NCBI GenBank assembly: GCA_950097015.1
Contig: CATNEN010000039.1
Location: 2,728,001 to 2,792,000 of the forward strand
Length of the DNA stretch: 64,000 bases
Direction of reading: 5' to 3'
DNA from: Macrostomum hystrix
Taxonomy: Eukaryota; Animalia; Platyhelminthes
The notes beneath the pieces were generated by a model. That model was given only the letters and a program-made list of their open reading frames with translations. It was not told where the DNA came from and did no database searches. This document shows, in pieces, positions 25,817 through 38,726 of the stretch. The position numbers and the translations under genes are program-made. Position 1 is the first letter of the stretch; every line of letters begins with the position of its first letter.

Positions 25817-28800
25817 CTAATCTCCGCCAGCCTGATTGCCGGCCTCTCTACGAAGGAATTCGCGAGACTGAAAATCGGCTAGCCTGGTGGGTTCCGGGAT
25901 CCGGTAGCGGCAGCAGAGCCCCACTAGCCAGACGGCGGTTGGCAGCGAGATCAGGTGGCCGCAGCTCACGTACACCGGGTTCTTCACCGACTTGCTGGGC
26001 AGGTGGGCGCAGCCAATCACAGCGCCGCTATCGCCGCGGATGTAGTAGTCTCTGGGGGGATATACGGTAAGATGAAAATGAATTAGGGACAGCTGAGAAG
26101 CCAGGAGTTCTAAGTGAAGTGTAAATCAAAGCATGACTTTAAAGTCGTGCTAATTGAATAAGCATTATAATACTAGTAATAACAATACGGTTGTGTGCGG
26201 CTGTTCAGTCCATGGACTGGGAAAATGCCACACCCACCCTTAACTCTTGCTAAAAAATATACAATTTTTTTCAGTGGTGTGCGAATCGAATCCCCGACCT
26301 TTAAGCTGTGAGTCCAACGCTTTAATCACTAGGCAACAATGCATCATAAGCATGTATTGTGATTAAACATACAACTCAATGATGCTCAATGTACTGCGCT
26401 CATTTATTGGCTAGGGCCCAGGAATTAGATAAAAAACACAAGAGAAGTTTTGCAAAGAATTTCTGGGTTAGTCAAATAGGAGACAGAGAGACTTTACACA
26501 TAGAAAATTTGAATAACTCTCTGCGTACGCACAATTAAGACTACTCATAGCAGTAAGAATAGAATGAGCAGCATAGAACAGGAGGACCTTTTTCTGGCGT
26601 CTTAAACGTTAAAAATTTAATCTACGCCATTGAGGGCCAACCTCCAAGGCACAGTGAGAGTGTACACCGCCTGACGATGAAAAATTCAGGGCAGATATAC
26701 ACACCTGTGTGAGTGTGTGCCTGCGTACAGTATATGTGTGCGTGTATGCTCAGGTGTCAGCGAAACGGGCAGAATTGCCTCCTCGCTGGCTGCAGGTCCA
26801 GTGTCACCAAATGATGTGCCATTGCCCGCAGCCCAACACAGACCCAATAAAACACTGCAAGGTAGGCACTCACCGGGCGCCAGACTCCATAACCAGCTGC
26901 CTGACCCGCCTCTGATCCAGACCGTCCACGTGAAAGAAGCTCTTGGCCGCGCCGATTGTGGGCAGGTCGGCCAGGACGCCAACGTGGCAGGCCAGGCCGA
27001 AGCCGCGGGGGTGAAGCGTCCCGTTGCCGTCTAGCAGCAGCGCCTGCGGCGTCAGCTCCGGCCTGTTGGCCCGCAGCTCGTCCAGCATCTCCAGAACTGG
27101 CGGAGCCTCGCGGAAGCTTAGGAAGCCCGGCACATAGGGATGCGACACACGGACCCGGCGGCAGGCCTGCGTAGCGCCGCATGTTTTAAATATAGCTGCG
27201 TAACTACTGAAGACACACCCGCTCCTTCAGTGTCTCAGCCATTGTCACACCCGCACCTGTCTCAGCCATTGTCACACCCGCACCTTCCGTGTCTCAGACA
27301 TTGCCACACCTTCCGTGTCTCAGACATTGTCACACCCGCACCTTTAGTGTCTCAGACATTGTCACACCCGCACCTTTAGTGTCTCAGACATTGTCACACC
27401 CGCACCTTTAGTGTCTCAGACATTGTCACACCCGCACCTTTAGTGTCTCAGACATTGTCACACCCGCACCTTTAGTGTCTCAGACATTGTCACACCCGCA
27501 CCTTTAGTGTCTCAGACATTGTCACACCCGCACCTTTAGTGTCTCAGACATTGTCAAACCCGCACCTTTAGTGTCTCAGACATTGTCACACCCGCACCTT
27601 CAGTGTCTCAAACATTGTCACACCCGCACCTTCCGTGTCTCAGACATTGTCACACCCGCACCTTCAGTGTCTCAAACATTGTCACACCCGCACCTTCCGT
27701 GTCTCAGACATTGTCACACCCGCACCTTCAGTGTCTCAGACATTGCCACACCTTCCGTGTCTCAGACATTGTCACACCCGCACCTTCAGTGTCTCAGACA
27801 TTGCCACACCTTCCGTGTCTCAGACATTGTCACACCCGCACCTTCCATGTCTCAGACATTGCCACACCTTCCGTGTCTCAGACATTGTCACACCCGCACC
27901 TTTAGTGTCTCAGCCATTGTCACACCCGCACCTGTCTCAGCCATTGTCACACCCGCACCTTCCGTGTCTCAGACATTGCCACACCTTCCGTGTCTCAGAC
28001 ATTGTCACACCCGCACCTTTAGTGTCTCAGACATTGTCACACCCGCACCTTTAGTGTCTCAGACATTGTCACACCCGCACCTTTAGTGTCTCAGACATTG
28101 TCACACCCGCACCTTTAGTGTCTCAGACATTGTCACACCCGCACCTTTAGTGTCTCAGACATTGTCACACCCGCACCTTTAGTGTCTCAGACATTGTCAC
28201 ACCCGCACCTTTAGTGTCTCAGACATTGTCAAACCCGCACCTTTAGTGTCTCAGACATTGTCACACCCGCACCTTCAGTGTCTCAAACATTGTCACACCC
28301 GCACCTTCCGTGTCTCAGACATTGTCACACCCGCACCTTCAGTGTCTCAAACATTGTCACACCCGCACCTTCCGTGTCTCAGACATTGTCACACCCGCAC
28401 CTTCCGTGTCTCAGACATTGCCACACCTTCCGTGTCTCAGACATTGTCACACCCGCACCTTCAGTGTCTCAGACATTGCCACACCTTCCGTGTCTCAGAC
28501 ATTGTCACACCCGCACCTTCCATGTCTCAGACATTGCCACACCTTCCGTGTCTCAGACATTGTCACACCCGCACCTTTAGTGTCTCAGACATTGTCACAC
28601 CCGCACCTTCAGTGTCTCAAACATTGTCACACCCGCACCTTCCGTGTCTCAGACATTGCCACACCTTCCGTGTCTCAGACATTGTCACACCCGCACCTTT
28701 AGTGTCTCAGACATTGTCACACCTTCCGTGTCTCAGACATTGTCACACCCGCACCTTCAGTGTCTCAGACATTGTCACACCCGCACCTTCAGTGTCTCAG

Positions 28801-29536
28801 ACATTGTCACACCCGCACCTTCAGTGTCTCAGACATTGTCACACCCGCACCTTCAGTGTCTCAGACATTGTCACACCCGCACCTTCAGTGTCTCAGACAT
28901 TGTCACACCCGCACCTTTAGTGTCTCAGACATTGTCACACCCGCACCTTCAGTGTCTCAGACATTGTCACACCCGCACCTTCAGTGTCTCAGACATTGTC
29001 ACACCCGCACCTTCAGTGTCTCAGACATTGTCACACCCGCACCTTCAGTGTCTCAACCAGCCTTCGGAATACATGATAAAAAGAGCAGGCGGGTGCGCAG
29101 TGGCTGGCAGGCCTGACCTGGTACACGGGATTGAGGTCGGGCAGCTGCAGCACAACCAGGCTTGCACAGGCCGTCTCTGAGTCGCCCTTGACGAATGACA
29201 GATCGGCGCCAGCCACCAATCGCAGGCAGTGCTGGGGGCCGTAGGGACAAGGCGAGCCGGGACTGGAGTTTGAGCTGCTGGCCTGGCAGTCGGTCACTAG
29301 GCGTCTAGCCTGTTGCCAAGGCAACTGGTCTGTCAACTGTAGCCGCTTCTTCAATGTCAGCTGCACCCTTTTGAAGTGTAAAGGAGAACAGACACAGCAA
29401 TAAAGTAAACAATACATATTCTTTCTAAATCCTTATTGATGTTGCTGCTAAAAGACAGCTACACTTACTCAATCCATTCTTTGTTCTGCTCTGGTTCTAG
29501 CTCTTCACTTTCCTTGTCCTTTGACTTACAGCTGGC
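25817..29536 (-). CDS. ENDOV: Endonuclease V (inosine-specific ribonuclease); no genomic ATG found
   Basis: Exons 29536-29469, 29367-29118, 27166-26874, 26051-25817 (GT-AG, phases 2/0/2). Motifs VAGADLSF, PYVPGFLSFRE, LLDGNGTLHPRGFGLACHVGV, PTIGAAK, NPVYVSCGH, YRIPEPTRLAD. All four acidic catalytic residues are present. Confidence 0.92.
26274..26342 (-). other. tRNA-like/SINE head in the last ENDOV intron
   Basis: Minus strand gcattgttgcctagtgattaaagcgttggactcacagcttaaaggtcggggattcgattcgc: A-box and B-box-like motifs, no good cloverleaf. Confidence 0.5.
26620..26845 (+). mobile_element. SINE copy lacking its head (same family as 5640-5985)
   Basis: aacctccaaggcacagtg...cacacctgtgtgagtgtgtgcctgcgtacagtat...gctggctgcaggtccagtgtcaccaaatgatgtgccattgcccgcagccc. 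Confidence 0.72.
27215..29055. repeat. 32-bp minisatellite filling ENDOV intron 2
   Basis: Unit gtgtctcagacattgtcacacccgcaccttta with shorter variants; contains a 675-bp higher-order duplication. Confidence 0.96.
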
Positions 29537-30354
29537 CTGAAATTATTGATTGGTTCTTTAGTTCTGTGATTCAAATTCACATGACAATAATGTATAAACA
29601 GCAACAAAAATAAGTGAAAGAAAAGACAATTATCCTTTCTTATAATGAAATAGCTGGTATAGAGTATAAAAATTATTTGGGAGAAAAGTATAATATAGTA
29701 AAAATAAAACTTTAGTAATTTATTTTTCTTATGTTACACATAAATTTAGCTTTAATTTGCAACTTTTTAATTACAAACATGCATATATAAAGACTTGACA
29801 GGGAAATTAAAACTAATTCATGCATATCAAAATTTAAGTTATATAGGCCTAATGACATTACATAAGTGTCAACTTCTTTAACATCAGAACTTCAAACTAA
29901 GGCCTAAAAAAACAGGTGACAAATTGGCCTAATATAGATTATAAGGACAATAATAAAAGGGTACAGATCAAATCGTCCTATTCTAAAGTGTCATATGATG
30001 ATGACGATTTGCACAAAAGTGTCACAATATTCAATTTAATATGACAATCTTGACTATTTTTTCATTGCTCATTTTAATTATGAATGTGATTTGAATATTT
30101 GATGATGCATAATTCAAACAATTAATTGATTTAAAGGCAGTTAAACATAAAGGGCTTATTTCTAAAAAGCTACATTTAATCTATGGCTTTTTATAATTAA
30201 TTAGGACCAAGCTAGAATTGTAGGCCTATATAAATATTATTTATGCCTTACTTCAGTAATACATAATGGGAGAGCTTAAGTTAGGTAAATAAAAAGGCAA
30301 AGAACAAATTTCATCTTTGTTACATTACATTGAATTATACCAAAGGCAAAGTAC

Positions 30355-30525
30355 TGACTCCTGAGCACACAGACATATAAGCATACAGATAGGCCATACC
30401 AATGTGAGAATGACTCAAAATAGTGAGTCTCAAAATAGGTAAGTACATCTGCTTTGAATTTCTCATCAGCACCATCAGCACCAGGATGTGTACATTCTCA
30501 GTGCCTTGGACAGGAGGTTGGTGCG
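30355..30525 (-). mobile_element. Diverged SINE fragment (same family)
   Basis: ctgactcctgagcacac...tacatctgctttgaatttctcatc...gtgccttgga...ggaggttgg. Confidence 0.55.
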
Positions 30526-31019
30526 AGTGCGAGCGAAGAAAGTTTGTTTCTTTCTTTCAAGGCTGTGTTAAAAAAACAATAATTTAGACCCAGAGACTTA
30601 ATACAGTTATATTGCAAGCAGAGTAAAAGTAATTGAAATTCCATTTTTCAAACCATGCACTACGGCCATACCAGTGTAAGTCAGTAAGTGCGTAATCGAT
30701 CGTCAATGGCGAGCGACAGCGTGAAATTTCATATTCCCAACAAATGAAACAAATCATATTCCCAATTATAAAATAAATCATCGCATTTCCAGGAAATTAG
30801 TGTGAGAAGAAAAACAAAGTTTATTCCAGACTTTATTTTCATAAAAATATATCAATCTGCGAAGTTCTAATATTTTATGTCTTTCTAATACTGTAACAAG
30901 ATAGTCAAAAAAATAAAGTAATATTAAGAGATGAAATTAAAAACATCTCAGTAAATCTAAACAAATGTGACATAACTCTATCAAGAAGACATATGAACTG
31001 TTTATATCCAACATCAGGA

Positions 31020-31750
31020 CAGAAGGCGGTCAGGAAATCTAGCTGCTCGCGATTGGCCTCGCCTGTGCGGTACCTGCATCTTGAGCTGCAGCACGTCGTG
31101 TTGAGGCTCATGGGGCCGGATGCAGCGGGCCTCCGACCGGATGACGTGCATGGCCAGCCAGTCGTATAGTTATCGCTCTCGCAGCAGGTCATAAGGCCGC
31201 GTGAGGCGCGCCCTTAAGTAGACCACGGCATTGGTCTCGCTGCTTGGGCCTGCATGCGCAGCGTCCAGCTGCCTCTCCAAAGCTGGACCGTCAAGGTCCA
31301 GGTCTCGGCGTTAAATAACAGCAAGACAGTCTCAACGACTACTTGAAACAGCCGAGCCCTGAGCCCGTCGTCTATGGCCTCAGATTGGAGTATGGTGCGC
31401 ACAGATTAGTGAAACGCGGCTCAGGCCATGGTCCTCTTCGCCTCAACAGGTCGTAAAGCGACGTCCGGCACGATGGCACCTCCAGGGAGGCGTACATCGT
31501 CCATCACGCGGGCCACCTCAGTGAGGGACCCTCGTGACTCGCAGTGCCTCCATAGCCACCTCCTCCCCGAGGGCGCGACCTCCCGGCGCCGTCCTGTGTC
31601 ACAATTGACGCCTCCTGCAGCATCACAATTAATTGCACTGGACGCGCCGCGGTGCATGGAGACTTCGTTTGCCTCACCGGTTGCTTTTTCCGCCGCTGTT
31701 AGCAGCCGCAGCATCCGCTTTAACAGAGCGCGGCTCACAGCTCTTAGCTA
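31020..31750 (-). mobile_element. Degraded RTE-like LINE 3' fragment
   Basis: GC-rich island encoding LRARLFQVVVETVLLLFNAETWTLT, similar to the post-RT motif (LF...VESVLLYG.ETWTL) of RTE-clade LINEs, with stops and frameshifts. Confidence 0.65.
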
Positions 31751-32745
31751 GGCAAGTGCCAGCATGATGGTCAGTCTCACCCGGAGGTCGCCGCATATTT
31801 GTACCGGAGTGCAAATTTAACAGAACGAACACGTACAATTGCACAAAAACATATTTTGTGAGCATAATAATTAAGCATCAATTCGCCCAAATTTTTCTTT
31901 ATCCTCCATTGCAGTTTAGCTTTTTTAGCACGCACAGTTTACACTCAGTTGTTGAAAATTATCCATGCATGACAATGACAATCCATGACGCTTAACGATT
32001 CTAAGCTTTTTCATTTACTCTTGGTGAGGAAAAAGAACTATCAAAAGAATTTTCAATATCATTTTCAACAGAATTTTATCTTGAAACTGGTGTGCAATGG
32101 ACGCTTTGATTAATGACTTTTTGACAAACATTTTTAAACATAATTAATCTTTTGCTTTAAATTTTTGCTTTTTCCGGTTATAAATAGTTAAAACAAAGGA
32201 CTTAAATTAGAGGAATAACTAAATTTAAAAAATTGCACGCTTATAAAAAGAATAATTTTTATATGTGCTTTTTCTACCAAAAAGCTAGTAAATTATCAAG
32301 CGCAACGAAAACGTTCGTGGAATATGCGGATTTCTAATTTACTAATTCCTGTGTTTATATGCATAATAACCCGTGTTAAACCCCCGCCCCCTACTCTAGA
32401 GGCATATCGTGTCATTGTCATTATGTCATGTTCTGTAGCTTGTCTGGAATATTTTTTATATATAATCTTGACGCTTTCGCATTTTGCGCTTAATAATTTT
32501 GTTAGATTATCTATTATTAGCTCATATATTTTCTTGTCAATAAAAGTTGAACTCATTCACAGCTTATTATTGAACTCGTTATATAATAGCATTGTAACAT
32601 TGTAACATGTTTAACATTGTTTCCTTCATAAAAAATCAGTTTACCTCGAATATTATTCATAGGTTTTATTTATTCTTAGTACTAAATATATCACTTATAA
32701 AATATTGATACAGTTATTGAATGGTTATGCACATTAATGGAACTA

Positions 32746-32816
32746 GGGAGTTATAGCCTAGTGGTTAGGGTGTCAAACTCAGGTTTGGAAGGTCCCGGGT
32801 TCAAACCTGTACTGGG
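32746..32816 (+). other. tRNA-like/SINE head
   Basis: A box tagcctagtgg and B box ggttcaaacc at tRNA-like spacing; stems poor. Confidence 0.5.
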
Positions 32817-33015
32817 TTTAATTTCAGTACCGACACATAATGATTATCATCAGTCTAGCAGGCATACACACATTATGCACTATCACTGCATATTACTAGA
32901 GTAATTTAGCTTAGAAGATATGTGTATGCAAGCAAGGACAAATTTTTGTAAGAAATAATAAAAACATAAAAAGATGTGTACAGTACTCACTTACAGAATG
33001 GCTAACTGTTGGTGT

Positions 33016-34536
33016 GAATTCCAGGCATTTCGGCGACAGTTAATTTCGGCGACATGAAAAATGGTGACTTCGGCGACAAGCAATGTTAAATTCGGTGAAA
33101 TTATTATTATATTCTTACTAACAAAACCAATGCGTCTACATCCTACCGTAACCGCCTACAGCCTACAAAATACTTTCCCTTTTTGTTAAATGTAACGAAC
33201 ACGTGTGCTCTGACAAGCCATCCTGTGACGTGCTGATTGTTTGTCGGGATAAGAAGCTTGATAAATATCCGCACTCTGACGTACCCACCAACCTGAAGAG
33301 ACCGACCAAGTGTGTGAGCGAGCCCCATCACCAAGGCAGCTTCGTCACAGTACGATCTGCAACTCCGATCCTATGAGAACATTTACATGTACTGTGGTTT
33401 TCGCGTTTATTGAATCAAAATTTCAATTTTATCATATAGCCACATTTTAAATACCATGCATGCAAATACAAATGTTTCACGTAATTTGTTGTAAAGTGTA
33501 GTGCGTGGCTGTACCACGAAGCTACAATTCACAAAGTTAAAATACTCGAAGTTAAAAGTTAGCATAAGATTCACACCAAAAGAACGAACAGCATTGCATT
33601 ATGTTAAAAGCATCAAAGGGCGTTTAGCCGTGGAACATTTAGCCGACTGCAGGCTTCCAGCAGTGCCTCCTCAGATCGCAGTCCTTCAGAAAATTCTGGG
33701 GCGGTCGGCAGCTCTATGGCGGTCGGCAGCTCTGCGGCAGTCGGCAGCTCTGCGGCAGTCTGTAGCTCTGGGGCGGTCGGCAGCTCTATGGCGGTCGGCT
33801 GCTCTGCGGTGGTCGGCAGCTCTGCGGCAGCCGGCAGCTCGGTGCCGTCTGTACCGCCTGCTGTAATGTCGACTGTGCTGGTGTCGGCTGCTGTTCTGCC
33901 TTCGTCTGCTGCGCCAGCTGGGGCACTGGTTTCACTCATAGAAATGTCATCGAGATCGGTTGTATCACAGCTGGGACATTTCCATTGAAACGACTTCTGC
34001 ATTTTCATACGCTTATACTGCGCCAGAGAAATGGCTGCATTTCCAGTCAAGCAAGTTCGGTGATGCCAAAAGTTGCATCCATCACACAGGACTCCCTGTT
34101 GACGCTCTCGGACTCTAAACCTGCACAATGTGCATACTTCCATGACAACTACAGTTGACTAAAAGTGTCAGCGCTTTTTGAAATATATAACTTATACTCA
34201 GCGGGTGTGTGGGGTGGACGATGGGCTATGGCGCCATAGTACACCATAATTTTCATGCTACTGTCAGGTAGCTTCAGTCTCCTTCACTTCTCTGGTTTCG
34301 CGGTCGGGGGTGGGTGAGTCATTCATTCGCGCGGCTTTTGGGTCTACGGTTTTTAATGAAAATTGCATTGACTTTGACTTGGATTGAGTTAGAACGCTCT
34401 TGGAAACACACAGTTGTACTCAGACAATAAGCATCGTTGACAAAACGTACTTGTCGCCGAATTTAACATTGCTTGTCGCCGAAGTCACCATTTTTCATGT
34501 CGCCGAAATCAACTGTCGCCGAAAAGCCTGGCACCC
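33016..34536. mobile_element. Non-autonomous TIR element with sub-repeated TIRs, nested in the hAT transposase
   Basis: About 85-bp inverted repeats built from ttcggcgaca motifs (33016-33098 / 34453-34536). 8-bp TSD gttggtgt (33008-33015, 34537-34544). Confidence 0.88.
33613..34143 (-). CDS. PHD-finger ORF with 18-bp (ELPTAA) repeats inside the TIR element
   Basis: C4HC3 pattern CTLC...CDGC..WHHRTC...WKCPSC with an ATG start. Expression unknown. Confidence 0.6.
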   Translation of the reverse strand: MEVCTLCRFRVRERQQGVLCDGCNFWHHRTCLTGNAAISLAQYKRMKMQKSFQWKCPSCDTTDLDDISMSETSAPAGAADEGRTAADTSTVDITAGGTDGTELPAAAELPTTAEQPTAIELPTAPELQTAAELPTAAELPTAIELPTAPEFSEGLRSEEALLEACSRLNVPRLNAL

Positions 34537-37500
34537 GTTGGTGTAGTCATGAGGCATCAAGTGACAAGATCACTGGCAAAGTGATAGAGAATGGCAGTTA
34601 GACCGGAGTCTTCAGAGACAACTGGACCTCCTCCTGCAGCTCTCAGAAGCACAGACTCAATCTGACAAGCCAGTTGCATCCCAGGCTTGTCAAATCGTTG
34701 GTCAATAGCTGAGACAGCAATGTCCAGTAACTCGAAATACTGCTTCTTGTAGTACTCCATTGCTGTGAGCTGAGCTGGCTGTCTACCATCCCTATTGGAA
34801 TAAATCTCAAAAACCAGTGGACACACGACATGGGTGTCAAAAATGTGGCTCCAAAGTGTGATGCAACACAAAATGCTATAATAACCTAACCAACTAACTA
34901 CACTTTATAAAAAAGAAAAGTTTGTGCACTGTGGTGCGACGCCCTAGCAATGTCCTACAATGCAATGCAACATCAAAAAAGTCTGAAAATGCGACAAACA
35001 GTTGGACGCAATTTTTCAACTTATTCCAATAGGGGCTGTCATCATCAAAATGCTGTGGACATCATCGGGCTCTTGGAACCTTTGGATCATCAAGTCCGCA
35101 TGACTTAGCTTCATTGATTGTGGACACATATAGTCATAATTGTTAAGGATACTAGAAATTGTTGCGGCTTGAGGCTAGATGTGTCTGGAAATGAAAAACA
35201 GATTATCATTCAGCAAGGCAACTTTTTGAAAAAGTACACAAGGTCTTAAGCAATGGCTAGCGCATTTCACACAATTGTAACTGATGATATAGCTTCCTGA
35301 ACTACCAAATTCATGGAATAGGCCGTGCAGTGCACAAATATGGCCCTTGGCTCAATCTACTGAATGCGCTTGGCAACTCCACTGATAGAGCCAGCCATAG
35401 GCGAGCAACCATCATATCCTTGACCTCAAATGCAATGGTTATCCAAAGAAAGCCTTGAGAGGGCATCTAGCAGTAGTCTGGAAATTCCTGTAGCAGAGGT
35501 ATCTGAAACTTCATAAAAGCCCACAAAGTCTTCTTACACATTAAACTGACCGTCATCCTATCTCAATGCACATCTGCTGCTTACCTTTGCAATCTGTAGT
35601 CTCATCCGCAAGTACAGCATAGAACTTGGCAACTTTGATGAGTTGGATCAGTGTTCGCAGCACTTGGTTGCTCATCAGCTTGAGTATCTCATTTTGAATG
35701 TCATGACTCAAATATTTACATCGATGAGATCCCTGCAGGAAGGCTAGAAGCTTGCTATCATCAGTAGTCCATAGTCTAAGAAGCTGCACAAGGTTGCCTC
35801 ACCCAATCCATGGCCTCTCACACTCAGACCCTGTTTGCCTAAAAACTGAAGTGATGTCACAACTGGATGAAGACCCTTTTGGTTTGTCACCTGGTCTTGG
35901 TTCTTCTGCTGGACAAGTTGAGAGTCAATGGTTTGTTCCTTTGTATAGTGGACCCACTTCTCCATTGCCTCTCAGTGCTGAGTCAAGTTTTGATGAGTAG
36001 TGAAGTCCCTGCTCATGTCTTTCCAATTCTGGAACCCATTGACACAGAAAGCCTGCTCGGGCCTTGAGCAAAATCTTAGCAATCCAAGAGTGTGAGCATC
36101 GTGGCAGTGTTGGCAAAAAACTGACTGCTTTTCTTCATCCCAATGAAGCCAGGGAAATTTCTTGAAGTTAGAATGTTGAAAACTATGGTTCTTCTTCCCA
36201 AAAGTCTTCATTGGAAATCTCTTTTTTGGTTGGCTTGGAGCAAAAACTAGCACTGGATTAGACTTATGTTTGACAACAGGCTCATTGCCAGCTGTAATTA
36301 AAGAAACATCAGGAGTAGACTCTGATGAAGCCATGTCTTTGCTCAGACTCCTGTCCATTATGTGTGTCCAAAGAGATGTCTTATTTATGCATATGCCTGT
36401 GCAGACGAGGCAAAAGTTGAAATGTTCCCTGTTTGCTTTTCACTTTGGATGAAAATAGGGAATTTGTGCCATAATATGTATGCTACATATTGCCTGGGGT
36501 TGTAGAATGTGGGAGGCAAATTTTAGAATTAAAGCCCAGTAAGAGCACAAGCACATTGTGCATGTACATGAATGACCACACTATACTATACTGTGTACAA
36601 ATGTACATACAACAATCCAACCCTCATTCCCCCATGACCCCCTGTGCTAGCACTGGGGGAGAGAGATTCTTCTAATGGAAAGGGCCAAGGGGTGGGTTAG
36701 AGTTGCGTAAGGCAGACCTATGCTTTGAGGAGTAAAGCTAAGCAGACTATGAACACTATGAATGGATAATAAGTTGGGGTGGGACAAGAAGCACTAAATG
36801 TGACAAATGACTACAACTATTTGCTTATTTCTATTGTTTCAAGGCCAAATAAAAAATACCATTAAAACATAAAATGTAACAGTTTTTGTGCATGCTAAAG
36901 TTGGAGGGCACTTTGTATTGAGTGCCACACCTACTAAATTTCAGGGGGCATGTGCCCCTTGTGCTGCAGGCTTCCGCCGCCCTTGGCTACACCATGTCCA
37001 TCTATCTATCCATCTATTTTATATATCTATAAGGTTTTATTATAGATATATAGCAACATGGGCTCTTTTCCATATTTATAAACTACTTTTCTATCTACTG
37101 CAATATGCTTATTATTGCTAATTAGCATCCATTATTATTTGAAATATACTGTACTATATGGGAAACAAAACACTCTTTATAATTATATATGCATTCAATA
37201 ACTTGATATCTAATTCTAAGTGCCTAAGTGGCTATACTTATGAATTACTGCTTATTTATACTTATTCTTTATATCCAGTCTACAAGGCTTCTAGTGAATC
37301 AGACTCCAAAATCCTAAGGGTAATTGATAAAACACAACATATATTTGAAATACTATAATTGTATATATAGTACACTAGTATATGGTATATAGTATATAGT
37401 ATACAGTATATAGTAGTATGTAGTTGTATACACAGTTGTATATTATTGTTTAATAACAAAATCAAGTAATGGTCCTAGGGCTAGGCCTACTAGTAAATTT

Positions 37501-38726
37501 TTTACTATATAGCTATAGTAAAATAAAATAATGTGACATTCATTAATTAACCTTTGTTTAATTTTTTTGTTATTTCTAACTTCAATATCAATCCTCTAAA
37601 AAGTTTGCAAATCCATTAAAAATGTATTGAAAATCCTGTAGAGCTATTAAAAGCAAAATTATAAAAATAATTCGATAATTGTATGATTGTATAATCAAGT
37701 GCATGACAAAAATGAAAAATCATAAATTTGAGTTTTGTTTTGATAACAGGTTTAATTTGCTTGTTTTAATTTTAGAATACTCATTATGTTGGTATATAGT
37801 GTAAAAGTCTATACAAACAGGGCAACATATCAAAAGGGACCTAATAGACTGTGATAGAACACCTAATGAATGAATCTAGATTATATGTTCACTATTGTAA
37901 GGCTTTTTAAACAGGGCTAATCAGTTTATTTTCTTGTTTATAGTAGTGATTCTATTTGCATAAGTGATATCTGTTCTTCCTAACATTTTCCCTACTTAAA
38001 TCATATTTACTATTGACACAAACTAAAGTTTAGTTTGCGTCCTTAGTGTGTACCCGGCATTGGAGGGTCAGAGCCTCAACCAAGCCATCCTCTCTTCTTC
38101 CTATGTCTTCACTGCTTTCTAAACTGACTCAGTTAAAATAAGTTATCTTTCTAGAAAATATTTTGAGTTGTATTTTGTCAGTTCTTACCTTATTTGGCTC
38201 ACTGACAGGTAGATTTTTTGTAAAATATAAAAGGTATTGTAAATACCAGAAAGAAATTATGGTTTAAATTTTAATGCTTATATAAAATAAGAGGGCCTGT
38301 ATATTTAAATACTTGAATAAATGCCATTAATATTGGCAATGCGATAAAACAAAAAATGGCACAACCCTTTTTCACCATTGTTTCCAAAATTTCCATCATT
38401 GTATACTACTTAAGAATATAAAGGACTTTTACAGGTTTTTACAGCCCAATGTATATTTATATGGAAGAATAAACAAAAACATTTATTGTCCATTAATCTA
38501 TAGACAAGGTTTCTGTTATAAAGTTAGTATTGATTTTAACCAAGGTTAATAAGTGGGCTCTACATTTTTTGCCAGGCATTTCGGTGCCCAGTCTTGCTTT
38601 TCGGTACCTTTTTGATCCAGTCAGTTGTCAGTGAATATTTGCTTACCATTGTAAATGATATTTGAGGAATTTTTACATGGCACACTGTTGTATCTGCTAA
38701 GCTCGCCTGTCTTCGCAGCTGGTACC

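Larger units (their letters stand above)
32990..36985 (-). mobile_element. Pseudogenised hAT-superfamily transposon (ZMYM1/Tip100-like transposase)
   Basis: Fragments in order: TTF-type Zn finger SFQHSNFKKFPWLHWDEEKQSVFCQHC; LQFLGKQGLSVRGH; YLSHDIQNEIL...FYAVLADETTD; GYDG..PMAG (~35415); IFVHC (~35335); EYYKKQYFELLDIAVSAIDQRFD. hAT-like 5' end caagggcggcggaagc...ggggcacatgccccctg at about 36985-36942. Many frameshifts; 3' TIR not found. Confidence 0.85.
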
